Positions 9,166 to 17,831 of a stretch of DNA of 29,996 bases are shown piece by piece; the stretch's first letter is position 1, and each line of letters starts with the position of its first letter. The notes under the pieces are model-generated. The model searched no databases, was not told the origin of the DNA, and saw only the letters and a program-made list of their open reading frames with translations. The position numbers were made by a program, and so were the translations under genes. Origin of the DNA: a virus (Duplodnaviria; Caudoviricetes); the IMG/VR virus record IMGVR_UViG_3300025018_000424, positions 1 through 29,996 of that record; one strand, 5' to 3'.

Positions 9166-10517
9166 TGTCTTACGGGCTTACATCGGCGGGGTTTGTCCCG
9201 AAAACTCTAGCGGTCATTCGCGAAGAGATCAACGATTCGCTGAAGGTCGCATTCGGCGTGTCGCTGGATGTTAGCGATCTGTCGGCGCTCGGGCAGTTCG
9301 TTGCGATCTTCGCCGAGCGCGAAGCTCTGCTGTGGGAGCTGATTGAAGCGATCGTTTCGTCGCAGGATCCCGACTCGGCTACTGATACACTACTTGACGC
9401 GCTCGCGGTGCTCACGGGAACGACCCGCCGCCCGGCTGATAGTTCGGCGGTGACTATGACTCTGACGGGCACGCCGACCACAGCCGTTAGCGCAGGCAGC
9501 AAGGCGAGTGTCGTAATTGCTGGTGACGTGTTCTCAACAGTCAACGATGCGACGATCGCCGCCACCGCGGCGTGGGCGATCAGCACGGCGTACGCACTGG
9601 GCGATCGTGTAACCAACGCGAGCCGCGTATATCAGTGCATCACGGCGGGCACGTCAGCCGGATCGGGCGGTCCGACGACGACGAGCAGCGATGAGACAGA
9701 TAACACCGCGCACTGGCGTTATCTCGGCGAAGGTACCGGCGACGTCGACGCGATTGCCGTCGCCGACAATACCGGACCAATCGCCGCCGCGAGCGGATCG
9801 CTGACCGTGATCGAGACGCCTGTTAGCGGCTGGAACTCCGTCGTCAACGTTCTGGACGCTGCGCCTGGCGCCGACGTCGAGACCGACGAAGATCTACGCG
9901 TGCGTCGCGAGGTCGAGCTAGCTGACGCGGGCAATACAACAGCCGATGCGATTCGCGCGACGCTGCTTGATGTCGCCGACGTGACCGCTGTCAAGTTGTA
10001 TGTAAACGACACTGACGCCGCCGCAGTGCTGGATGGCGTTAGCGTTGCGGCGCACTCGATCGACGCGCTCGTACAGGGCGGCACCGATCAAGATATCTGG
10101 AATGCGCTGCTCGTTACCGTAGGCGCGGGCATCGCAACTAACGGCACGGAGGTTGGCACAGCGGAAGACTCCGAGGGCAACGCCGTGACGTTTAGATTCA
10201 ACCGCCCGACTGCGGTCGACATCTACGTTGACGTCGAGCTGGGTTATGATGCCGCCGCATACCCCGCCGACGGAGATGCACAGATCAAAGCCGCGATCGT
10301 GGCGCGTGGCAACGCTCGCGGGCTCGGTTATGACGCTGTCGCGTCGGTAATCAGCTCGTGGTGCTTTGACGTTTCCGGCATCAACGACGTTACTCTGATC
10401 GAAATAGGGACCGCGCCTGCACCGGGCGCGAGCACGACCATTGCGATCAGTGGTCGGCAGATCGCTGTTTACGATACGAGTCGCATCACGGTTGTTTCAA
10501 CGCCGGGGACGCCGTAA
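9165..10517 (+). CDS. Baseplate J / gp47 family protein with an inserted CBM-like module
   Basis: 450 aa. Motifs: 'YGLT..GF..K', 'DPD.A....LD.L....G..R', 'G.DVETDE.LR.R', 'AGI.T.G', 'F.RPT.V.IYV'. An extra ~52-aa insert lies at 9573-9728. Confidence 0.9.
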   Translation: MSYGLTSAGFVPKTLAVIREEINDSLKVAFGVSLDVSDLSALGQFVAIFAEREALLWELIEAIVSSQDPDSATDTLLDALAVLTGTTRRPADSSAVTMTLTGTPTTAVSAGSKASVVIAGDVFSTVNDATIAATAAWAISTAYALGDRVTNASRVYQCITAGTSAGSGGPTTTSSDETDNTAHWRYLGEGTGDVDAIAVADNTGPIAAASGSLTVIETPVSGWNSVVNVLDAAPGADVETDEDLRVRREVELADAGNTTADAIRATLLDVADVTAVKLYVNDTDAAAVLDGVSVAAHSIDALVQGGTDQDIWNALLVTVGAGIATNGTEVGTAEDSEGNAVTFRFNRPTAVDIYVDVELGYDAAAYPADGDAQIKAAIVARGNARGLGYDAVASVISSWCFDVSGINDVTLIEIGTAPAPGASTTIAISGRQIAVYDTSRITVVSTPGTP

Positions 10518-10520
10518 GCG

Positions 10521-11156
10521 ATGGCGACCGAATTTTCATACGACGTACTCGATGATTCCGTTGCTTTAGCTCCCGGCGAAACCGTTAGCGGTATTCAGCG
10601 CATATCTGATCACGAGGGCGCCGCGCTCGCGCGCCGACCCGAGTATCTGAAGGAGAAGCCGAACTTCGAGGCGCTACTGACGGCGATCGTCGCGCCGATG
10701 CAGGGCATTGAAAACGCAGCCTTCGCCGTGCTGACTGAGCGTACGATCGATCTGGCGGCGGGTACGCAGCTCGATGTCATCGGCGTAATCGTTGGTCGTG
10801 TTCGAGCAGGTCTCACCGACGATCTTTACCGCAGGCATCTGCGCGCGCAAATCGCCACGAATAACAGTGAGGGAACGCTCCCCGAGATCTTGAACATCGC
10901 GCGCTTGATTATCAACGATGACGCGGTGTCATTGATCGTCGTGCCGTACGTACCAGCTGCGTTCGCGCTTATTGTGGGCGGTGCTGCAGTGTCGGCTGAA
11001 GTCGCAGCGGTGGTCGCCGATTTTATTGCATCAGCAAGGTCCGCTGGCGTTCGCGTAGATGTTGAGTACGCTACAGTAACGCCCGATGCGGCGTTCTCTT
11101 TTGCAAACGGTCCGGGGCTCGGATTTGGCGCTGGCGCATTTGCGAGCGTTGTATAA
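10521..11156 (+). CDS. Baseplate wedge protein (DUF2612 / P2 gpI-like)
   Basis: 211 aa following baseplate J, with 'ID.A.G.QLD.IG.IVG..R....DD.YR..L.A.I..N.S.GT' and 'AGVRV'. Confidence 0.82.
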   Translation: MATEFSYDVLDDSVALAPGETVSGIQRISDHEGAALARRPEYLKEKPNFEALLTAIVAPMQGIENAAFAVLTERTIDLAAGTQLDVIGVIVGRVRAGLTDDLYRRHLRAQIATNNSEGTLPEILNIARLIINDDAVSLIVVPYVPAAFALIVGGAAVSAEVAAVVADFIASARSAGVRVDVEYATVTPDAAFSFANGPGLGFGAGAFASVV

Positions 11157-11165
11157 GGAGGATGT

Positions 11166-11762
11166 ATGGCGAAACCAACAACACTGCCCGAGTGGGCGAC
11201 CGGGGCGACAGGTATCGCGGAGACGACTGAGCCGAGCGCCGGGAAAAAAGCCGACGGCTGGGCCGACGCCGAACTACCGCCTCATAACTTTTTCAACTGG
11301 CTATTCAACGTCATATATACGTGGTTCGTGTGGCTGAGCGCGCAGCTTCGCGAAGAAGAACAGCTGATCGTCGACGTTATGGGGGGGTTCGCCAGCGTAG
11401 CTACACCGGTACTACAGTGGGACGCGGTGCTTGGCGTGGTTGATGTTGTTGCGGCAGGCGCCGGTAACGAATGGCAGTTCGGATTACCGCTTAATGCGGG
11501 TAACTACGTTACCGCTGTCGACTTTTTCTACAAGCGGGCTGGGGGAACGCTGACATTCTCTCTATTGAGTATGGTCAACGGCGCACCCGCGGTCGTGGCG
11601 AGCGGTACAATCAGCACCGGCACGGCGGCGACCACGTTTACCCTGCCCGTGAACGCTGCACTAGCCCCCAGCAAACTGTATAGGCTAGCGTTTTTATCAG
11701 GCGCGGCCGGTGATATTTTGATCGGCGCTGTGGTGCGCTACAACCGATCCGAGCCTACTTAA
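11166..11762 (+). CDS. Short tail fibre / baseplate-attached protein
   Basis: AGGAGG RBS. The N-terminal 'P.WA.........K..GW.....P....FNWLF' resembles myophage tail-fibre attachment domains, followed by a ~130-aa beta-rich C-terminal domain. Confidence 0.65.
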   Translation: MAKPTTLPEWATGATGIAETTEPSAGKKADGWADAELPPHNFFNWLFNVIYTWFVWLSAQLREEEQLIVDVMGGFASVATPVLQWDAVLGVVDVVAAGAGNEWQFGLPLNAGNYVTAVDFFYKRAGGTLTFSLLSMVNGAPAVVASGTISTGTAATTFTLPVNAALAPSKLYRLAFLSGAAGDILIGAVVRYNRSEPT

Positions 11763-11763
11763 A

Positions 11764-11964
11764 GTGACCGACCGTAATGAATCGGGCGGCGGCGATCACA
11801 AGGGGCGGGTCTACCTCCGGTCCGCGTACCGTCCGATCGCCGCCGCCATTTTAGGAGCTCTGCTCGGAGCAATCTGCGCGCACCTACCTGCGCGCTATCA
11901 GACCCCTTGCGACGTTGTGTCGCGCATTTTACCGGGCGCGTGTGCGCCCACGGAGACACCATGA
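11764..11964 (+). CDS. Small single-pass membrane protein (possible lysis accessory)
   Basis: 66 aa with a hydrophobic 'IAAAILGALLGAIC' segment. Its stop overlaps the next ATG (ATGA). Confidence 0.55.
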   Translation: MTDRNESGGGDHKGRVYLRSAYRPIAAAILGALLGAICAHLPARYQTPCDVVSRILPGACAPTETP

Positions 11965-12515
11965 ATCGAATCATCTCAACGTTTGCTCTTGTGACATGCT
12001 TCCTCTTAGGGTTCGCTGGTATGGCGTTCGCCGCACAGGGCGCGACCGGCGAAGAGACGCTGATCGCCGACGCGCTAAACGCCGTCGTTAGCGCGTTCCA
12101 GGGGGGGCACGCGAAGGAAGCCGCGTTTCTGGCGATCGTTCTCGCCGTAGCCCTGATCAAAAAGTTCGCCGCGCCGCGTGTCGTGTGGCTGCGCTCACCA
12201 GAGGCGTCTGCGCTACTCGTGCTAGCCGCGTCGTTTGCAGGCGTCATGGGCACCGGCGGATCGTGGCGTAACGCTCTCGAGCTTGCCGCGGTTGCCGCTG
12301 GTGGTTATCGACTGATCAAGTTGCTTGGTGGCGCGCTGCTCGGCTCGAGGCTCGGGCAGATGTTGCCGCAGTGGCTCCGTGCTGCCCTGTACGCCTCGCT
12401 ATGGCTGTTCGACCGACCCGGGCAGGCTGCTGTCGCGCGTGCCGAGGTAGCCGGGGACGACGCCGTTAAGGCGAGCCCCCCGACCGGCGTGGGCCCGACC
12501 ACTACGATCAAGTAG
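11961..12515 (+). CDS. Multi-pass membrane protein, holin candidate
   Basis: ATG at 11961 with GGAG upstream and ATGA coupling. It has a signal-like N-terminus plus several hydrophobic segments and sits after the tail genes. Confidence 0.55.
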   Translation: MNRIISTFALVTCFLLGFAGMAFAAQGATGEETLIADALNAVVSAFQGGHAKEAAFLAIVLAVALIKKFAAPRVVWLRSPEASALLVLAASFAGVMGTGGSWRNALELAAVAAGGYRLIKLLGGALLGSRLGQMLPQWLRAALYASLWLFDRPGQAAVARAEVAGDDAVKASPPTGVGPTTTIK

Positions 12516-12548
12516 ATCCCAGAGCGCACTCGTGCGTCAAAGGTTTCT

Positions 12549-12923
12549 ATGCGAAAAATCGTCGCCGCTATGGCAGTCGTCGCAACGCTATCGGTGTACT
12601 CTCGTGCCGCAGGCGAGCCGCCCCCTGACATCCCGTCGCAGCTCGAGACCGGTGGTATACTTACGACGCCTGGCGGGTCGACGATCGAGTTGCCGCCGAA
12701 ATGGTGGCTCGTGCCACCCGACACGTGGTCGTCGCTCGACGCCGAGCTGAGGCGCCTGCAGGAAGCCGAGACGCGCCTGACCGCGCAGAATACGTCGTTG
12801 CGCTCGTCAGCCGCAGACTTCGATCGCAAATGGATCTGGGTTGGCGGGTCGGCGCTAGTAGCGGGATTTCTCGCGGGCGCCGCGGGTCGTGACGCGATCA
12901 ATAGTGCACGAGGGTGGTTCTAG
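12549..12923 (+). CDS. Exported/membrane protein with coiled coil (spanin-like candidate)
   Basis: 124 aa with an N-terminal signal/TM segment, a coiled coil 'LDAELRRLQEAETRLTAQNTSL' and a C-terminal hydrophobic segment. No lipobox Cys is present. Confidence 0.5.
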   Translation: MRKIVAAMAVVATLSVYSRAAGEPPPDIPSQLETGGILTTPGGSTIELPPKWWLVPPDTWSSLDAELRRLQEAETRLTAQNTSLRSSAADFDRKWIWVGGSALVAGFLAGAAGRDAINSARGWF

Positions 12924-12927
12924 GCGT

Positions 12928-14628
12928 ATGGCGGCGCCTAGATTCCTGTGGAACGAGATCCTGACCGATCACAACCTGCGGCTAGCTGGCGAGGATGCGC
13001 GCACGGGCGAGGCCTTCGCGGCAAAGTTATCTGAGATCGTCGATCAAGATATCAGCTGCGGCACGCTGCACATGGCCTACAAGCGTCGCGCGAGATCGTT
13101 CGGCTTACCCGAGTCGATGACCTCATATTTTGCGTCCGCCAAGTCGGCTAACGCCCCCCGCCTTGAAGACATCAGGTTTCCGCTATCGTCCGATCGCCGC
13201 GCAAAGATACGATCGGCGTCGCGCTGGGTTATCACTGCGGCTGTCAACGACACGCCGATCGACACTAGTGCGTGGACTGCCATCACGCGCTACGCGAAGA
13301 TCCACAACGCACCAATCCTAGTGATCCCGCTGCGCTACAAAAATCCAACTACGCGGCGCGACGATAACGTATTTGACGAACAAAATAGATGGGCGCCCGA
13401 GGTCGAGCCGTATCTGTGCGACGAGCTCGTGAAGCTAAGGGGATGCTGGGTTGTCGCAGGAAACGTGCGTGTTCAAGCGACTGCGACTAACCCACTTCAA
13501 GGGCTGCACACGCTGACGCGTGGTGCGTCTGCTGTGTTTGGACATCCTCAGCTCGCGATGGATACAGTGCCGACGCCCCAAAGTGATGCAGCCAAGATCG
13601 TAACGACATCGATGGCAATCACGCAACCGGTATACTCGACGACAAAAGTGGGCGTGCGCGGCGAGTTTCATCACTCGACGGGCGCCGTCGTCGTCGAGCA
13701 CGATCGATCCGGCGCGTATATGCGGCACCTGATCTGCAGCGAAGGCGGCGAGTTTTACGACGTCGTGGGCGGTCGGTTACGTCTGTATAGCCCGACGGGC
13801 GATCACGCATCGCCTGCTGAATATCTTGTGGTGTCCGACGAGCACGCGCCGTTCACACACCGCCAACTCGAGAAGGGTACATATCACGGCGTCGACTCGA
13901 TTAGTGGTGTGTGTCGTCCGACATTTACCATCCGTCACGACGCCGTCGACATGTATGCGATCAATCCACACGATCGTAATAGCGCGATCAAACGTGTCGC
14001 GGCTGCTAAGCTGGGGCTCGACGATCTGCGTGTTGAGATGGATGCGGGAGCCGCGTACGTGAATCGCACCACGGCGTCGTGGACAACAAACATATTTCCG
14101 TGGTCGAACCACCCAAACGAGCACCTAGATCGCTGGTTGTCGTCAGTCATGGCGCCGCGCGAAGAGCCCCATAACGCTGAAATCTGGCTCGAGCTGTGGA
14201 CAGCGATCGTCAAGAGTATGCGTAAGACGCCCGATGGATACGCGTACGATGATCCGTTTTCGTGGTACGTGCGCGCGCGCCTAAAAAAGCCCGCGCGCTT
14301 TCTCGCGGCCGATGAATCGTTTGTAATCGGTGGCGTCGAGCTAGGACAGCACGGGCATTTGGGCCCCAACGGAACGCGTGGTACGCGGCGTAACATGAGC
14401 CGCATCGGAATCCGAAGCGTGATCGGTCACGGGCATTCACCAGGTATCTACCACGGCTGCTGGCAGGTCGGCGTAACCGCGCCGACACTTGGCTACGCGC
14501 GCGGACCGTCTTCATGGGCGTGTTGCCACGTGCTCGGCTACCCGGGTGGCAAGCGTCAGGCGATCTTTGTTAGCGCGTCGGGGCGCTGGTACGCAAAAAC
14601 GAAAACCAAACGGAAGGCATCGAAGTGA
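12928..14628 (+). CDS. T5 A1-like protein (calcineurin-like metallophosphoesterase / putative nuclease)
   Basis: ATG at 12928 after the upstream stop. Metallophosphoesterase motifs SDEH, HDAVD, SNH, HGH and GHGHS are present, and the C-terminal 'QHGH.GPNG.RG...GH.H.PGI..G..QVG.....Y..GPSSW...H...YP.GKR' matches my recollection of the T5 A1 family. Confidence 0.75.
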   Translation: MAAPRFLWNEILTDHNLRLAGEDARTGEAFAAKLSEIVDQDISCGTLHMAYKRRARSFGLPESMTSYFASAKSANAPRLEDIRFPLSSDRRAKIRSASRWVITAAVNDTPIDTSAWTAITRYAKIHNAPILVIPLRYKNPTTRRDDNVFDEQNRWAPEVEPYLCDELVKLRGCWVVAGNVRVQATATNPLQGLHTLTRGASAVFGHPQLAMDTVPTPQSDAAKIVTTSMAITQPVYSTTKVGVRGEFHHSTGAVVVEHDRSGAYMRHLICSEGGEFYDVVGGRLRLYSPTGDHASPAEYLVVSDEHAPFTHRQLEKGTYHGVDSISGVCRPTFTIRHDAVDMYAINPHDRNSAIKRVAAAKLGLDDLRVEMDAGAAYVNRTTASWTTNIFPWSNHPNEHLDRWLSSVMAPREEPHNAEIWLELWTAIVKSMRKTPDGYAYDDPFSWYVRARLKKPARFLAADESFVIGGVELGQHGHLGPNGTRGTRRNMSRIGIRSVIGHGHSPGIYHGCWQVGVTAPTLGYARGPSSWACCHVLGYPGGKRQAIFVSASGRWYAKTKTKRKASK

Positions 14629-15428
14629 AGGATCTAAAAGCGGCACTCAACAGCGGCGTAAAGCCGGACCTGACACACTGTCGAAAATCCGGGATGGTGT
14701 ACGCCGCGCGCGCGAATGAATACGGAAGTGACAAGTACGAGCGTGCCAACTACCTCAGACCGGCGGATGGCGATCCGTTCGACGTGCGCGCCAACTTCGA
14801 GCGTTATCGCGGCTACCTGCGCGCGACCCTGAGTCATGTCGTCGAAACTCTCGATGCGATGGAGCTGCATCAAGCCGGCGATCCGCTGCTCGAGGATGTT
14901 GACGGCATGCGCGCGGCGGCGTACGCACCCGATACCGACGCAACACCCGGCGCGAAAGTCGGGGCGTCATTCCTACCACACGTAGCGCACGCAATCGCGT
15001 CGCTGACGATGGCGATCGAGCAAGCTACGCGTTTCGGTTTAACACCGAAGGATCCCGGGCAGCCGTGGAAGCGCGACGCGAGCGCCCCCGGATTCGTCGA
15101 CTCGCTGTCTGGCAAGCGGCACACGGTGCCGAAAGAATGGATCCGAAAGCAGCTAGGCGGCACCCCGGAATCGCGCGAGATCGTCGACGCTGCTGTAGTT
15201 GTCGCGGCGAAGACGCCTGAGACGATCGGCGCCGAGCGCGTCACGCGCTACGGCGTCGACGAGCTTGTCGACGCGCCGCCGGTCGCGCTCGGCGGTCTCG
15301 ATGCGCGCTGCGGCGATCAGCGTTGCGGATATACGTGCGAGCTTCCGCCCCACGCTGACGATCATCATCGCGGCACTGACCCGTACGACCATCGTATCGT
15401 ACGCTGGCGCGATCGGAGCGGAGACTAG
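14625..15428 (+). CDS. dATP/dGTP diphosphohydrolase N-terminal domain (DUF5664-like) protein with C-terminal Cys/His-rich extension
   Basis: 'KPDL...A.A..YG..KY.R.NY...R...H......D.....S.LPH.AHA...L' pattern, with GTGA coupling to the A1-like gene. The C-terminus contains 'CGDQRCGYTCELPPHADDHH'. Confidence 0.7.
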   Translation: MKDLKAALNSGVKPDLTHCRKSGMVYAARANEYGSDKYERANYLRPADGDPFDVRANFERYRGYLRATLSHVVETLDAMELHQAGDPLLEDVDGMRAAAYAPDTDATPGAKVGASFLPHVAHAIASLTMAIEQATRFGLTPKDPGQPWKRDASAPGFVDSLSGKRHTVPKEWIRKQLGGTPESREIVDAAVVVAAKTPETIGAERVTRYGVDELVDAPPVALGGLDARCGDQRCGYTCELPPHADDHHRGTDPYDHRIVRWRDRSGD

Positions 15429-15820
15429 TGCAGCTCCTGCACACACGCACCGGGGCGGTCGACGCAGCTATGCGCGCGAAGCTGATCGATCTGACTGTGT
15501 CAGGTTACTGGGCAATGTCGAGATGGGCCTGTTACGACGGGTCGACGTGGGCGCTTATTGCGCTCGACGCCGACTGCGAGCCCTACGCATGGTCGTGCGT
15601 GACGTTCGAAGAACTGCTCGACCGGCGACCCGTCGTCGGAGTGTACGTGCGCGAGGATGCGCGCGGGGTTGGCGTTGCGATCCAGCTCGTGCGCGCGCTG
15701 ATTGCACTGCACCGCGAGCGCATTTGCGCAGCGGGTGAGCTGATGGCTGCGGCGAGTCTTTGGCCGCGCTACCGCCAGATCGCAGCTGAGTTCGGGTTGA
15801 CGTTCGCCGAATACGAATAG
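15428..15820 (+). CDS. GNAT family acetyltransferase
   Basis: 130 aa with the acetyl-CoA binding motif A 'VYVREDARGVGVAIQLV' and TAGTG coupling. Confidence 0.75.
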   Translation: MQLLHTRTGAVDAAMRAKLIDLTVSGYWAMSRWACYDGSTWALIALDADCEPYAWSCVTFEELLDRRPVVGVYVREDARGVGVAIQLVRALIALHRERICAAGELMAAASLWPRYRQIAAEFGLTFAEYE

Positions 15821-15821
15821 C

Positions 15822-15891
15822 GTAAGCCGGCTTACAAGTCACGACGCCCCGTCAGACGCGCTAGGATGCGCTCAGCGGGGCGTTTCGCTTT
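15822..15891. terminator. Convergent-junction hairpins, probable terminator region
   Basis: Perfect 14-bp palindrome GTAAGCCGGCTTAC (15822-15835), and a stem ACGCCCCG (15844-15851)/CGGGGCGT (15876-15883) followed by TTCGCTTT. This is where the two transcription units converge. Confidence 0.5.
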
Positions 15892-16300
15892 GGAGCAATT
15901 CCCATGCGAGGATCGCCGCCTCAACGTCTGGTAGGGCGGTACGCCACGCGGGCGCCTCATGGGTCCCGTCGCTGTCGCCGTATTGGTCGAGTACCCAATG
16001 CAGCATCTCGTGTGCCAGCAGGGTATCTGCGATAGCGGGGCGCGCGGCGAGGTAGATCGCGCCGCCTGCGTACCAGCCCCGCACGCACGCGTATCCCGGG
16101 GCGTCCACATCCAGACAATCCCCAGCGAGCCACTCGATCGGCGGCGGCGGCGCGGGCAGATCAACGCCGAACTCATCGGACCACAGATCGCGTGCGACCT
16201 CGGCGGCATCGTCTAGGTGCGCGGGGCGCGGGGCGCGCGGGTTGCCGGGCACGGCATCACAGGCGGCGAGCGCGATGGCGATCAGGGCGGTGCGCGTCAT
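15872..16300 (-). CDS. Lipoprotein with HEXXH zinc-metallopeptidase-like motif
   Basis: From ATG 16300: MTRTALIAIALAA-C (lipobox LAAC), then 'LLAHEMLHW' and a later 'DSDGTH'. Confidence 0.7.
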   Translation of the reverse strand: MTRTALIAIALAACDAVPGNPRAPRPAHLDDAAEVARDLWSDEFGVDLPAPPPPIEWLAGDCLDVDAPGYACVRGWYAGGAIYLAARPAIADTLLAHEMLHWVLDQYGDSDGTHEAPAWRTALPDVEAAILAWELLQSETPR

Positions 16301-16307
16301 TGGGCGG

Positions 16308-16337
16308 ATCATACTCGCGCCCTGTGATCCGAGTCAA
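16308..16337 (-). promoter_or_regulatory. Sigma70-type promoter TTGACT-N18-TATGAT for the lipoprotein gene
   Basis: On the minus strand, -35 TTGACT is at 16337-16332 and -10 TATGAT at 16313-16308. Each matches 5/6 of consensus, and the promoter lies in an intergenic gap 7 nt before the ATG at 16300. Confidence 0.65.
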
Positions 16338-16364
16338 CGATTTTGACGAAAGGCGCATCCGCGT

Positions 16365-16847
16365 CTAGTCGTCAGAAGCTCCGTGAAACACCCGTTTGCG
16401 CTCGAAACGTCCGAGCCCCCATAGCCCAAGCGCGATCGCGTCCCAGCCGTCGTGCGCCAGCCGGGGCGGTATCACGGCGAGCTCGGCGGCGCTCAGGCGC
16501 CGCTCGGACATTGCGCGCGTGGTTTCCTTTTTCGCCTGACCCTTCCACGTCGCGGGCTCGACCTCGATTAGTTCGGTGCCGCGGTACGCGTGCGCGAGGT
16601 AGCCGATCAACTGCAGTAGCGGTCGCAGTCCGTTGGGGTCGCCTTTGGTGATGCCCGCGCCGCGGTTGTATATGCGCGGCTTCTCGATCACGAGCTGCGC
16701 GGGCACAGCCGGGAACGCCTTGATGATCATGTCGCCGCACGCACGATAGTCACCTCGAGTACGGCACGTCATCGCGACCGTTAGCAGCCCGTCGACATAC
16801 CACGCGATACCCGAGCAGCGACCCGGGTCGACGGCTAGTAGCGTCAC
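16365..16847 (-). CDS. RuvC-like Holliday junction resolvase
   Basis: RNase H-fold catalytic pattern: 'LLAVDPG...G.A', 'LVIEKP', 'P.TWKG...K', 'HD..DAIALG'. Confidence 0.8.
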   Translation of the reverse strand: MTLLAVDPGRCSGIAWYVDGLLTVAMTCRTRGDYRACGDMIIKAFPAVPAQLVIEKPRIYNRGAGITKGDPNGLRPLLQLIGYLAHAYRGTELIEVEPATWKGQAKKETTRAMSERRLSAAELAVIPPRLAHDGWDAIALGLWGLGRFERKRVFHGASDD

Positions 16848-17107
16848 CGATCTATCCGATCGCTAGGATGCAGATCGCGCGCGAGCTTGCCGCGTCCGCC
16901 ATTGTGCTCGATGTCGTGTATCCCGCAATACATAGATAGCCACTTACCCGTGTACTGCTTGACGCAGTATCGCGCACGATTCAAACAGCCACCGATCCGA
17001 CAGCTATCCGAGATACGATCACACGTACACATAAGCCCAGACGATATGCGCGCCGGTAGCATCGGCGGCAAGTGGCGAGGGCGCCCGCATCGTTTGCATG
17101 GCGGCAC
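16844..17107 (-). CDS. Hypothetical Cys-rich protein
   Basis: 87 aa with CxxC and several further Cys. Its stop overlaps the resolvase start (GTGA) and it fills the gap after the MazG-like gene. Confidence 0.5.
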   Translation of the reverse strand: MPPCKRCGRPRHLPPMLPARISSGLMCTCDRISDSCRIGGCLNRARYCVKQYTGKWLSMYCGIHDIEHNGGRGKLARDLHPSDRIDR

Positions 17108-17110
17108 GAT

Positions 17111-17536
17111 CTATCGCCGCTTCCTGCGAATGCTGCGACGGTGCGCGATCGTCTCGCTGTAAGTCGGCGACTCGGGATCGCAAAAACGAGCCTCTAGCTT
17201 CGCGATGTTGTGACGCGCCACCTCGTCAGGGGTTGCAGCGATCGAATATACGAGACGGCACCACGCCCATAGCGAGTCACCGGCTTCGTCAACTAGCTGC
17301 AGGCGACGCGAAGGCGTGAGCGCGCGTCCTTCCTTGCCGAAATGATCATCACGGATCGCTTTCTTCAGCGCGTTGGCGATCTCGCCGACCTCGCCCGCAA
17401 GCTCGAGCCCGCAGTAGGCAACCTCCGCGGCGTTGCGTGTGTTCGCGTTAGGGTAGATTGCGAAGTCGCCGACATCTTCGGCGTGCTGCGACAGGATGAT
17501 CGCCGCGTTAGGATCTGTTTTTGGTTTTCTGCCCAT
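17111..17536 (-). CDS. mazG: MazG-like nucleotide pyrophosphohydrolase
   Basis: 'LAGEVGEIANALKKAIRD...DEAGD.LW...NIAKL..R' is the all-alpha NTP-PPase ExxE...ExxD signature. Confidence 0.85.
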   Translation of the reverse strand: MGRKPKTDPNAAIILSQHAEDVGDFAIYPNANTRNAAEVAYCGLELAGEVGEIANALKKAIRDDHFGKEGRALTPSRRLQLVDEAGDSLWAWCRLVYSIAATPDEVARHNIAKLEARFCDPESPTYSETIAHRRSIRRKRR

Positions 17537-17544
17537 TGGTGTTC

Positions 17545-17823
17545 CTAGTGGAGCGTGACCGGCGGGTGCTTAACGCCGCGCCGGATGCCTTCCGATTCGC
17601 AAACCGCGTTCATTTCTTCGTGATAGTAGCGCGACCAGATGTCACCGGCTTCTACCGGTGAGTCTGGGCGGCCGTGCTCGCTGATGTACTCGAGCATGCG
17701 ATCGTCAGCTGCGCGCATCGCGATCGGGATTTGTTTGTTGACGCGCTCGACGTATGCGCACGAGTGTTTGTTGCCGTCGTCGTGGTGACAGTGCTTCACG
17801 TATTGATCGTTTTTCGATGCCAT
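17545..17823 (-). CDS. Hypothetical protein
   Basis: 92 aa with an AAGGAA RBS-like sequence before the ATG. It fits the gap in the operon. Confidence 0.6.
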   Translation of the reverse strand: MASKNDQYVKHCHHDDGNKHSCAYVERVNKQIPIAMRAADDRMLEYISEHGRPDSPVEAGDIWSRYYHEEMNAVCESEGIRRGVKHPPVTLH

Positions 17824-17831
17824 GGTTTCCT

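Noticed and set aside
2209-11762. Tail cluster as a tailocin or extracellular contractile injection system
   Set aside because: A head-closure gene upstream and a complete phage replication module downstream indicate a true phage.
2896-12901. Long antisense ORFs such as 2896-3495, 5607-6392, 6274-6780, 8272-8730 and 12305-12901
   Set aside because: They lie opposite well-supported, coupled structural genes and show no motifs. Such shadow ORFs are expected in GC-rich DNA.
16343-16372. Plus-strand promoter starting TTGACG
   Set aside because: The matching -10 position reads TAGTCG, which is poor, and it would fire antisense into the resolvase. It is kept only as half of the inverted repeat.
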